Part shown: one piece after another, positions 1 to 7,775 of the stretch | Layout of the letters: every line of letters starts with the position of its first letter | How positions within the stretch are numbered: the first letter of the stretch is position 1 | Origin: Myxococcales bacterium | GTDB taxonomy: Bacteria; Myxococcota_A; UBA9042 | Reading direction: 5' to 3' | Assembly: GCA_037441385.1 (NCBI GenBank) | Contig: JBBISH010000076.1 | Coordinates: 1-32,666, forward strand | DNA: 32,666 bases | Notes under the pieces: model-generated | Told to the model about the DNA's origin: nothing | Database searches by the model: none | The model's input: only the letters and a program-made list of their open reading frames with translations | Program-made: the position numbers and the translations under genes

Positions 1-447
1 GCGACACCGGCACCGGCCGCTCCTGCGCCGGCCACGCCCCCTTCCGCGGCGAAAGCACCCGCGCCGGCTGCCCCTCCCGCACCCGCGTCGGTGACCAAGG
101 TTCATGCAACTACCGATTCCTCATCGCACATTTGGGCATGGATCGCGACCGGGACTGCCGCGGTAGCCGCCGCTGGCGGCGTGTATTGGATGGCCACCGG
201 GGTGCGTGATGCCAACGCCGCCAACGCAGACGTCTACCCTGGCTCGGGCGGGCCAACGCAGTACGAGGAGCGCTACGAAGCTGCCAAAGGAAGATGGAAT
301 ACCGGGGCTGGGTTGGCTACCGTCGCCGTGATCGGCGCCGGGGTGGCGACTTGGCTATGGCTGCGCGGACCAGATTCCGCCCCTTCCAAGGCAGATGCCG
401 CCCGCGCGGCCGAGGCCGTGGCGTGGGCCAGGGGACAGGCACGATGA
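1..447 (+). CDS. 5'-truncated membrane/secreted protein (C-terminal part resembling myxobacterial TPR/PEGA-type proteins)
   Basis: Frame 1 is open from base 1 (Pro/Ala linker ATPAPAAPAP...). Two Gly/Ala-rich hydrophobic segments follow (WAWIATGTAAVAAAGGVYW; GAGLATVAVIGAGVATWLWL). The TGA overlaps the next ATG (ATGA 444-447). Confidence 0.7.
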   Translation, partial: ATPAPAAPAPATPPSAAKAPAPAAPPAPASVTKVHATTDSSSHIWAWIATGTAAVAAAGGVYWMATGVRDANAANADVYPGSGGPTQYEERYEAAKGRWNTGAGLATVAVIGAGVATWLWLRGPDSAPSKADAARAAEAVAWARGQAR

Positions 448-2477
448 AAGCACGCAGTTCCTGGTTCCTTTTGGTGCTGGCCGCGGCGTGGCTGCTGGCC
501 GGCTGCATGCCTGACCGCAAGGGCGAAGCGCAGATCTTGGCCGAAGCCGCGGCCAAGGCCGACTCGACCGCGCTGGCCGACGGGATCGCCGGCGACGACA
601 GCGCGAGCGACGGCTCCGCTGGCGAGGGGATCGCCGACGACGGGATTGTCGACGCCGCCGACGCGGTGACGGCCGATACCGAGCTGGCCGACACCACCGG
701 GGCCGACGATGGCGACAGTCTGACCGAGGTGGCGGACACTGCCGGCGCCGAGGTTGCCGACACCAGCGGCGACGCGACGGCCGTGGTCGATGCCGCGGAC
801 GCATCCGACACGGCCGAACCCGTTGACAGCGCCGACACTTCCCTGCCGGGCGACGTCGCGGACGTGGCGCCCCCAGCCGACGCGACCGGGTCAGGGGATG
901 CCGCCGACGGATCCGGGCCGCCAGATACGGCCGACGCAACCAGCGACGCGGCAGATGCAAATGACGGCCAAGGGGGCGGTGCCGACAGCGACGCCAGCGC
1001 CCCGTGCACCAAGGACGCCGACTGCAGCAGCGGCAACGCGTGCCAGGTTGCCCACTGCGTTTCGGGGTCGTGCGTCCTGACCGCGGTGAACTGCGACGAC
1101 GGCAACGTGTGCACGGTAGACAGTTGCGCGACCACGGTGGGCTGCGGCCACGTCTCGGTGGCCGATGGCTCGGCGTGCACCACGGGATCGCCATGCACGC
1201 TGGGCGACAGCTGCCAAACGGGCGTATGCACCTCGCTGCCCGCCATCTGGGACAAGGCCGTAGGAACCAAGTCCGAAGATCACTTGGTCGCCGTGGATGC
1301 TACAGCCGCGGGCGTGGTGGCGGTGGGCTCCTCCAACCACAACGGCCTGTGGGAAGCGTGGCTGGTTTGGGTCGACAACACTGGCAAAGTGGTGCTCAAC
1401 AAAACCTTTGGCGGTTCGGGCGAGGCGCACTCGGGCACCGGGATCGCCACACTCGCCGATGGCAGCTTCGCCCTGGCGGTCGGCGTCAACGCCAACAACA
1501 AGCTCAAGGCCCGACTTCTGCACGTCAGCGTCAACGGCAACCTGCTCGCCGAGGCGACCTTCATGGACGTGGACCCGCAAAGGGTGGCCGCCGTGCCCGG
1601 CGGCGGCGCGGTCCTGGTCGGTCGGACTGTGGACGGCGCGTCCGGCAGAGGCTGGGCCGCGCGAGTCGACGCTGGGTGGGGCAAAGTCTGGGAAAAGGAG
1701 TTCGGCGACAGCAGCGCCTCGTCCTTTGCCGACCTTGCCATTGCCAACAGCATGATTTGGATGGTCGGCACCACGCCCGCGTCGCTGACCTCGCTGGACC
1801 AAGCGTGGGTCGTGCGCACCGACCTGAACGGCGCGGTGCAGTTGGAAAAAACCCTGTCATCGCTGCTTCCGCGCTCGCTGACCGGTGTCTCGGCGGCGGC
1901 GCTCGGCGGCGAAATCATCGCGGTCGGCCGCAGCACCTCGGTCGGCGACGCGGGGCTGGTGCTGCGCGTCGATGCGAGCGGCGCCGTCAAGTCGGACAAA
2001 GAGTTCAGCAGCGGCAGCAGCTACTTCCAGGGCGTGGCGGCAACCTTCCCGGTGTCGGGCGTCGACGGCGGTGCTTTGGCCGTGGGCGTCGCCAAGCCGG
2101 GCAGCGACAACCAACTATGGCTCACGCGCACCCAGCAGACCGGCTACCAGGCTTGGCAGAAGACCATGGGCGGCTCTGGCGCGGAACAAGCGCGCGACGT
2201 GTTGCTGCAGGCGCACACCCTGTGGATCGTCGGCGACACCAGCAGCATAGGTGCCGGCGGCAGCGACGGCTGGATCCTGCGGCTCGACGTGTTCGGCAAC
2301 GCTAGCTGCGCAACCTCGGGCCCGTGCGTCACCATTGGCCAAGCGGCCTGCGACGACGGCATCCCCTGCACCGCCGACATTTGCACCGCAGCCACCTACG
2401 CCGACAAATGCGCCAAAGGCGGGTGCGACGCCTACGTGGGCTGCGCGTCCTCGGCGATCTCGATGTGTACTCAGTAG
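444..2477 (+). CDS. Lipoprotein with Asp/Ala-rich linker, Cys-rich repeats and a probable beta-propeller domain
   Basis: ATG at 444 is coupled to the upstream stop. Signal peptide II MKARSSWFLLVLAAAWLLAG|C, an acidic low-complexity linker, CDDGNVCTVDSC and CDDGIPCTADIC repeats flanking repeated 'W.K.(F/M)GG' and 'vAvG..W..r.D..G' blade-like units. Confidence 0.8.
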   Translation: MKARSSWFLLVLAAAWLLAGCMPDRKGEAQILAEAAAKADSTALADGIAGDDSASDGSAGEGIADDGIVDAADAVTADTELADTTGADDGDSLTEVADTAGAEVADTSGDATAVVDAADASDTAEPVDSADTSLPGDVADVAPPADATGSGDAADGSGPPDTADATSDAADANDGQGGGADSDASAPCTKDADCSSGNACQVAHCVSGSCVLTAVNCDDGNVCTVDSCATTVGCGHVSVADGSACTTGSPCTLGDSCQTGVCTSLPAIWDKAVGTKSEDHLVAVDATAAGVVAVGSSNHNGLWEAWLVWVDNTGKVVLNKTFGGSGEAHSGTGIATLADGSFALAVGVNANNKLKARLLHVSVNGNLLAEATFMDVDPQRVAAVPGGGAVLVGRTVDGASGRGWAARVDAGWGKVWEKEFGDSSASSFADLAIANSMIWMVGTTPASLTSLDQAWVVRTDLNGAVQLEKTLSSLLPRSLTGVSAAALGGEIIAVGRSTSVGDAGLVLRVDASGAVKSDKEFSSGSSYFQGVAATFPVSGVDGGALAVGVAKPGSDNQLWLTRTQQTGYQAWQKTMGGSGAEQARDVLLQAHTLWIVGDTSSIGAGGSDGWILRLDVFGNASCATSGPCVTIGQAACDDGIPCTADICTAATYADKCAKGGCDAYVGCASSAISMCTQ

Positions 2478-2531
2478 TTCCACATGCCGTAGCGGCACCC
2501 GGCATCCATGAAAATCAGCATGTTGAACTAG
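2475..2531. repeat. Short palindromic element (MITE-like) starting on the TAG stop codon
   Basis: Left end TAGTTCCACATGC versus reverse complement of the right end TAGTTCAACATGC (12/13). TA/TAG occurs at both ends. Confidence 0.55.
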
Positions 2532-2564
2532 GCGGCCGTGGCCGGGGCCGCACACAGGGGTCGC

Positions 2565-2594
2565 AGGGGGCGGCGCGCCCCCTTGGCATTTTCT
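2565..2594 (+). terminator. Possible intrinsic terminator hairpin
   Basis: AGGGGGCG-gcg-CGCCCCCT 8-bp stem followed by tggcattttct, between convergent genes. The U-tract is weak. Confidence 0.3.
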
Positions 2595-2625
2595 ACCTGG
2601 GGCGGGGTTTTCGGCGCTCATACCA

Positions 2626-2764
2626 GTTCCGTCCGAATCGGATCGAAAACTCGGGCAATTCTTCGGGCTCGAACCGGGGTCCCCGCCTGATTCTCGCCGG
2701 TTGCAGACCGGGTCAGAGAAGCCGTACAGGCGTGAATCAGACGGGGTTCGTATCAGTCGGGCGA
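2626..2764. repeat. Structured direct repeat, copy 1 (candidate ncRNA or DNA site)
   Basis: 2648-2764 aligns without gaps to 3731-3847 at 94/117 identity by manual alignment. Internal inverted repeat 2681-2698/2729-2746 (16/18). Confidence 0.85.
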
Positions 2765-3559
2765 ACCGTGACTTGCCAAGCCGTGGCCAAGCTGCCGCGT
2801 GACTTCGCGCGGCCGCCAGCCAAATTGGTGCAGAAGCTGGCCAAAAACTTGCTGGGCCCGCCGCTGCGATGCCTCGATCCACGCAGCCGTTTCCTGATGA
2901 ATCGTATGGGCTGCCTCGCCACCGCGCACAGAGGCGAGTTCGCGGGCGTGCAGGCGCAACCAGCGCTCGATGAGAAGTTGGTCCACCTCCAAGTGAAACT
3001 GCAACCCATAGGCGCGTTCGCCAAAGCGAAAGGCCTGATTGGGGCACAGGTCGCTCTGGGCCAGCCGCTCACTGCCCGCAGGGATGGCAAAGGTGTCGCC
3101 GTGCCACTGGAATATCGGCGTCTGGGGGCCCAGCAAGCGCAAGGCCGGGTCGACGAGGCCGCTCGTCGTCAACCGAACGTCGTACCAACCCAGTTCTTTG
3201 GTAGGGTTGCGGCCCACCGTGGCGCCCAACGCGTGCGCGAGTAGCTGTCCGCCCAGGCAGATCCCCAGCACTGGCATACCACGGCGCAGCGCCGCCCCCA
3301 GAAGGTCCAACTCGGTCTTGAGGTGCGGGTGGCGATCTTGCTCGTCCACGTTCATCGGGCCGCCCAAGACGATGAGAGCGTCGTAGCCGGCCAAGTCGGG
3401 ACGCGCATCGGGGTGGCGCGCAAAATTGACGTAGCGAATCCGGATCTTCCGGGCCTTCAGCAGCGCATCCAACGCCCCCAGCGGCTCGTACGGCACGTGC
3501 TGAACTACCAGCACCCGCCGCAACTCTGCGTCGCCCAAAGGTTGCGCCTCCGCGCCCAT
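2753..3559 (-). CDS. Class I (type 1) glutamine amidotransferase-like protein
   Basis: LIVLGGPM oxyanion loop, nucleophile elbow GICLGGQLL, FQWHGDTF, catalytic His/Glu in QFHLE. Confidence 0.93.
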   Translation of the reverse strand: MGAEAQPLGDAELRRVLVVQHVPYEPLGALDALLKARKIRIRYVNFARHPDARPDLAGYDALIVLGGPMNVDEQDRHPHLKTELDLLGAALRRGMPVLGICLGGQLLAHALGATVGRNPTKELGWYDVRLTTSGLVDPALRLLGPQTPIFQWHGDTFAIPAGSERLAQSDLCPNQAFRFGERAYGLQFHLEVDQLLIERWLRLHARELASVRGGEAAHTIHQETAAWIEASQRRAQQVFGQLLHQFGWRPREVTRQLGHGLASHGSPD

Positions 3560-3600
3560 ACCGTACCCGCCCGCCCATTGGTCGTCCGATCGCCGGGGCG

Positions 3601-3629
3601 ACTGTGCCGGTGCCAGCTCGCGCCGTCAA
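3601..3629 (-). promoter_or_regulatory. Putative sigma70-type promoter of the amidotransferase gene
   Basis: Minus strand TTGACG-N17-CACAGT, ending ~40 nt upstream of ATG 3559. Confidence 0.4.
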
Positions 3630-3707
3630 GCCCGGTGCGCAGGCGATTGTGGTGGCGTGCCAGGGACATCGCGGTCGCCCCACGCCGCCCACGAGCCCGT
3701 GATCCCG

Positions 3708-3847
3708 GTTCCGTGCGAGTCGAAAACAAGAACTCAGGCAATTCGTCGGGCCCGAACTGGGGTCCCCGTTTGATTCTCGCCAGTTGTAGATCGGGTCACC
3801 GATAGCGTGCCGGCGTGAATCAGGTAGGGTGCGCATGAGTCGGCCGA
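3708..3847. repeat. Structured direct repeat, copy 2
   Basis: Homologous to 2626-2764 at an offset of 1083 bp. Same TGATTCTCGCC-N30-GGCGTGAATCA inverted core (3771-3781/3812-3822). Confidence 0.85.
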
Positions 3848-3848
3848 C

Positions 3849-3877
3849 TTGACAGGCCGGGCCCTGCTGGCAAGGAT
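3849..3877 (+). promoter_or_regulatory. Putative sigma70-type promoter of the small wHTH gene
   Basis: Perfect TTGACA, 17-nt spacer, AAGGAT. ATG at 3917 is preceded by AGGA. Confidence 0.45.
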
Positions 3878-3916
3878 TCCAGCCGCGGACCCTGGCGCCG
3901 CCGTAGGAACCCAATC

Positions 3917-4099
3917 ATGGAAAACGAAGAGAAGGTCATCGCGTTCTTCAAGACGGCCACCAAGCCGGTCAGCGCCGGTCAGATCGCCGACGCCACCGCC
4001 ATTGACCGCAAGGAAGTGGACAAGGTCATGGCTAAGCTGAAGAAATCCGGGCAGATCGAGTCGCCCAAGGTGTGCTATTGGCAGTGGAAACAAGCCTAG
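3917..4099 (+). CDS. Small winged-helix (HTH) protein, 60 aa
   Basis: KPVSAGQIADATAIDRKEVDKVMAKLKKSGQIESPKVCYW is a typical compact wHTH pattern. RBS AGGA; good codon usage. Confidence 0.85.
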   Translation: MENEEKVIAFFKTATKPVSAGQIADATAIDRKEVDKVMAKLKKSGQIESPKVCYWQWKQA

Positions 4100-4115
4100 C
4101 CGCTGCCGAATCTAT

Positions 4116-4144
4116 TTGACGCACTGCCCGGCACAGGCGACCAT
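4116..4144 (+). promoter_or_regulatory. Putative sigma70-type promoter of the pilin gene
   Basis: TTGACG-N17-GACCAT, ~55 nt upstream of ATG 4199. Confidence 0.35.
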
Positions 4145-4198
4145 GGAGGTCAGAGCCGGCGGCTACGGTCCCATCCGTCCTGCTCTGCGAGGCCGCGA

Positions 4199-4759
4199 AT
4201 GAACGCCAAGACCATCCGAGATCGCAGCGCATTGGGCTTTACCCTGATCGAACTGATGATCGTGGTGACCATCATCGGCATCTTGGCCACAGTGGCCGGT
4301 CAGAGCTACAAGCGCTTTGCTCGCCGCGCCCGCGTTCAAGAAGCTGTGTCGCTGCTGGGCGATATCCGCATCAAAGAAGAGAGCTATTACCAGACCTACC
4401 ACCAGTACGTGTCCAGCGGCAACAACGACACCGACTGGTGGCCCAAGGACATGGACTGGCAAAAGCTGAATACGACCTGGGGCATCGACTGCAGCAAAGC
4501 CGGCGACGTGGCCGCCAATCCCGGTTGGTGCGCCCTGGGCGCCGGGTACCGCAGCACCGAGGCCGCCAACTTCCAGTTCGTCGTCGTGGCGCGCAACCCA
4601 GCTGCACCGGCCGCGCCGCCCGTCCAGTACGTCAAGGACGCCACCGTGGACTGGTGGTATGCCCGCGCCCGCGCCGACTTCGACGTCGACGGCGAGTACT
4701 CGGACATCTACCTGTCCAGCGAGATGCGCGAGCCGTTCTTGGACAACGAATTGGAATAG
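4199..4759 (+). CDS. Type IV pilin-like protein (prepilin N-methylation motif)
   Basis: Basic leader, then G|FTLIELMIVVTIIGILA with Glu5, AR..EA helix, a Cys pair, and a C-terminal 'A.ADFDVDG' motif typical of deltaproteobacterial pilins. Confidence 0.92.
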   Translation: MNAKTIRDRSALGFTLIELMIVVTIIGILATVAGQSYKRFARRARVQEAVSLLGDIRIKEESYYQTYHQYVSSGNNDTDWWPKDMDWQKLNTTWGIDCSKAGDVAANPGWCALGAGYRSTEAANFQFVVVARNPAAPAAPPVQYVKDATVDWWYARARADFDVDGEYSDIYLSSEMREPFLDNELE

Positions 4760-4786
4760 CTCGCGCGCCAAGCCTCTGCGGGCCAA

Positions 4787-6385
4787 TCATCGACCGCTGC
4801 ACGCTTGAGAAACGGCCGGCACATCGGCCAGTTCACGGGCCAGCAAGCGCATGAAATCGCCAGCCAACTGCGGCTCGCCGGCCAACGTGGCGGATTGTTC
4901 GAGCCAAACCAGCTCTTGCCGCAGCGTCTTGGGGTTGGGCCCGGCCTGTTGCGCCAGCGCACAGACCCGCTCTTGCCGGGCCACCAGCGCCGCCGCAGCG
5001 TCCAGGCCATCCAGGTGCTGCAAGCACGCGCGGGCACAGCGATCGCGCAGTGGGCCCACATGCACTGCCAGGGCCAGCGCCGCCACGGCGTCCGGCTCGC
5101 TGGCCAGCGCTTCGGCCAACCACTCGGGGTCGTCGTCCACGATGGCCCGCTCGATCAAGCCGCGCCGCAGCGTGGGCCACTGCCGCGTGTTGGCCGCCCG
5201 CCGCGCCCAGTGATACCACGCAAGCACGGGTCGCTTCTCGAACGCCCACAGCGCAATTTCGACCGCGGTCGTCGGCTCGGCCGCCGTGAGCGCCGCCTCC
5301 AAACCCAGGGCCCACAGCGGGCCGCGCGGGTCGTACCATCCCACCAGGCGCTGCAGGTCGCGAGTGCGGCCAGTCTGACCCAATTGCATAGCCAGCGCGC
5401 CCAGATGCGTGCGCCCAGGCCCCCACGCCAGCGCCAGCTCCAACGCTTGCTCGACCTCGCCCGCGGCCAAGCGCAGCCCGCCCACCTGATCCCACAGCAG
5501 GTCGCGGCCACCCAATTGGTCCGTCTCGCGCCAGTGGTTGCTGCCGGCTTGCGCCGACCACGCCAGCAGTTTGGTGGCAAGGCGCTCGGCCAACTCATTG
5601 CGTCGGGTTGCCTGACGGGCCAACGCCACCGCCACGGCCGGGGCAAGCTGCGGCGGCCCGTCGATCGCCACGTCGAAAAGCTGATCAAGCACGGCGTCTT
5701 GCATGTTGATCTCGGCGTGGTCCAGCACCGCGACCAGTTGCTGCAGCGCCGGCTCCGCCCCGCTGGGCAGGGGCACGAACACGACTTTGCGCACGCTCAG
5801 GGCCGACATGAGCCGCGTCGCCCACACCAGGGCCGGCTGCGGTTGTTCGCGCGCCGCCTCGGCAATCCGCTCGATCAAGCTGCGCAGGTCGGCCAATTCC
5901 TGCTCGCCCGGCCGCAGCGATTGCCGCCAAGTCAGCGCCACCAGGTCCACGCTGGCCTCGATCGGCAGCCGCTCGTGGGTCCGCAAGATGCGCAGGCCGG
6001 GATCGCGCGCCTCCGAGCGCACTTGCATGCGCTGCTTCAGCGCCCCCATCACCAGGTCCTGGGTCCGTGCCGACTCCGCCACGGCCCTGGCCTTGCGCTG
6101 CAGCTCGACGAGCGCCGCCACGGCGTGCGGACAGCGACGAACTCCACAGGAACACTGGCTTTGCACGGTGCCATCGGCGAGCAACAGCTCGACACTCTCG
6201 ACCACCGGCGGCGCATGCACCGTGGCGCTCCAGCCGTCGCCCTGCGGCACCAGCCGGCCCAAGTGCCCTGCCCGCTGCAGTTGCATCCCCGCAACGCTGT
6301 GCTTGGCCCCGGCCCAGGCCAAGGTCGACAGTCCGCTCAGCGCGGGCGCCCAAGCCAGCAGGCGGTTGCGCTCGTCGCTACCCAT
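4787..6385 (-). CDS. SWIM zinc-finger domain protein
   Basis: CSCGVRRCPHAVAAL (CxC-x4-CxH) near the N-terminus, followed by a long helical region. ATG abuts the upstream TAG. Confidence 0.8.
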   Translation of the reverse strand: MGSDERNRLLAWAPALSGLSTLAWAGAKHSVAGMQLQRAGHLGRLVPQGDGWSATVHAPPVVESVELLLADGTVQSQCSCGVRRCPHAVAALVELQRKARAVAESARTQDLVMGALKQRMQVRSEARDPGLRILRTHERLPIEASVDLVALTWRQSLRPGEQELADLRSLIERIAEAAREQPQPALVWATRLMSALSVRKVVFVPLPSGAEPALQQLVAVLDHAEINMQDAVLDQLFDVAIDGPPQLAPAVAVALARQATRRNELAERLATKLLAWSAQAGSNHWRETDQLGGRDLLWDQVGGLRLAAGEVEQALELALAWGPGRTHLGALAMQLGQTGRTRDLQRLVGWYDPRGPLWALGLEAALTAAEPTTAVEIALWAFEKRPVLAWYHWARRAANTRQWPTLRRGLIERAIVDDDPEWLAEALASEPDAVAALALAVHVGPLRDRCARACLQHLDGLDAAAALVARQERVCALAQQAGPNPKTLRQELVWLEQSATLAGEPQLAGDFMRLLARELADVPAVSQACSGR

Positions 6386-6616
6386 CTACTTGTCCCGCCG
6401 GGGCGCGCAAGGCGACGCCAGTTCGCACTGCAAAATGTGCGCGATTTCCCTTTGACAGGTACCACCACACGGCCCGCAACCCGCGAACGTCGCGTCGAAA
6501 ATCATCGCCATCGAGCGCGCACCGCCGGCGATCGCCGCGACGATCTCCGAGCGCCGCACGTTGTTGCAGCAGCAGATGACCGGATCGGCGCGGTTTTTCT
6601 GGCGCGGGTCAGGCAT
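6386..6616 (-). CDS. BFD-like [2Fe-2S]-binding protein
   Basis: VICCCNNV...EIVAAI...T.AG.GPCGGTC pattern. Overlaps the DHH stop by 8 nt. Confidence 0.85.
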   Translation of the reverse strand: MPDPRQKNRADPVICCCNNVRRSEIVAAIAGGARSMAMIFDATFAGCGPCGGTCQREIAHILQCELASPCAPRRDK

Positions 6617-7643
6617 GGCCCTCTGTGTCCAGGTGGATCCCCAACTGGTCCACCAGCGCGGCCTGCAGCTGCGCCACCACCTGCGCGCACACTTGCTCGA
6701 TGTCGCCCGTCACGGTGGCACCGGCGGCGTGATCGTGACCGCCACCGCGCAACGCCTTGGCTACATGACCGATTTTTACGGCCGCCTTGGACCGGAACGA
6801 CAGCTTCCACTCACCCGGCTGGCGGCCCGGCTTGGCGATCAGCGCGATCAGCACGCCGTCGATGCCGATGAACGTGGGGATGAGCTCGCCAAAGGCGTCG
6901 GCAGCCAGATCGAGCCCGTCGCCGACTTCTTGCGGCAGGATCGCCCAGGCGATGCGACCGCCCGCCGAAAATCGCTGCCGGTTCAAGGCCCTTCCCAAGA
7001 GCGTGACCTCGTCGCGCGGCCGGCTGGCAAACAGGGCCTCTTGGATCGGGTTGGTGTCGATGCCCGTATCCAAAAGGGCGGCGGCCACGCGCAACGTGTC
7101 GCCCTGATTGCGCAAAAAGCGGAACGAGCCCGTGTCGAAGCTCATCGCCGCGTACAGGGGCGCTGCCACGTCCGCGTCGATGGGCCAACCCAGCGCCTCG
7201 GTCAGCCGGTAGACCAACTCGCCGGACGAAGAAAACTCCGGTGCAATCACACCTTGCAAGTCCAGGGCCGGATCACTTGGGTGATGGTCGACCACCCACA
7301 GCGGGATCCCCAGGGCGCGCAACCGCTCGGCCGGGCGCTTGGCGCGATCGATCTCGTGGGCGTCGAAAATCAGCCCCAACTCTGCGGTGGCGCAGTCGCC
7401 GGCGGCCGTGTCGAAGTCGGCAATGCGACCCTTGGGGTCCATCCAGGAATAGCGCGGCGGGCACGGGTCTTCATTGACGATGTGCGCCTGTCGGCCGGCC
7501 AGCTCGGCGGCACGGGCAAAAGCGAGCTGCGCCCCCAGACCATCGGCATCGGGGCCGACATGGGTCATCAGGCAAAAGCGAGTAGTCTGCTGCAATCGCT
7601 GCAGAAACCACGGTTCAAACGGGTACCCGGACAACTGCCGCAC
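6609..7643 (-). CDS. nrnA: DHH/DHHA1 phosphoesterase (NrnA-like oligoribonuclease/pAp phosphatase)
   Basis: THVGPDADGLG, IFDAH, VDHHP, DTGSF, SFRS and GGGHDHAAG motifs. Start placed at GTG 7643 after GAGG; GTG 7649 is an alternative. Confidence 0.9.
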   Translation of the reverse strand: MRQLSGYPFEPWFLQRLQQTTRFCLMTHVGPDADGLGAQLAFARAAELAGRQAHIVNEDPCPPRYSWMDPKGRIADFDTAAGDCATAELGLIFDAHEIDRAKRPAERLRALGIPLWVVDHHPSDPALDLQGVIAPEFSSSGELVYRLTEALGWPIDADVAAPLYAAMSFDTGSFRFLRNQGDTLRVAAALLDTGIDTNPIQEALFASRPRDEVTLLGRALNRQRFSAGGRIAWAILPQEVGDGLDLAADAFGELIPTFIGIDGVLIALIAKPGRQPGEWKLSFRSKAAVKIGHVAKALRGGGHDHAAGATVTGDIEQVCAQVVAQLQAALVDQLGIHLDTEGHA

Positions 7644-7775
7644 ATCCACCTCGCGGGCCAACTGAGGGCCCAGGGGCAGAGCATCGCAGATTCGCGGGGA
7701 TCGCGCCAAGCGGCGGTGGTCGCCGAGCCGCGACAATGCTAGGCTTTGTCGTGCAGTTGTGGGCAAGGAGCCAGC

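Noticed and set aside
2626..2764. Repeat interpreted as a c-di-AMP (ydaO), glnA or other known riboswitch, or as a tRNA fragment (minus strand GGTTCGAGCCC)
   Set aside because: Only short words match and the order of conserved blocks is wrong. There is no cloverleaf and the T-loop is broken in copy 2. Copy 2 lies upstream of the predicted amidotransferase promoter rather than in its 5' UTR.
3731..3823. Repeats as remnants of a protein-coding gene (15 of 16 substitutions avoid one codon position)
   Set aside because: Copy 2 has a stop in both candidate frames, there is no start/RBS, and the bias disappears in the adjacent 24 aligned bases. It is not fully excluded; tBLASTx would settle it.
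2626..3847. Integron cassette (attC) or composite transposon around the amidotransferase
   Set aside because: There are no RYYYAAC/GTTRRRY ends, and no integrase or transposase in the window.
4097..4165. Another TAG...CTA palindrome after the wHTH stop (TAGCCGCTG/CGGCGGCTA)
   Set aside because: It is only 9 bp with a wobble in GC-rich DNA and encloses the probable pilin promoter, so it could be chance.
4805..6871. Long alternative ORFs (688 aa here; also 12887-14674, 30069-31661, 30227-32212, 9948-11327 and others)
   Set aside because: They are antisense or out-of-frame shadows of well-supported genes, expected at this GC content, and show no recognisable motifs.
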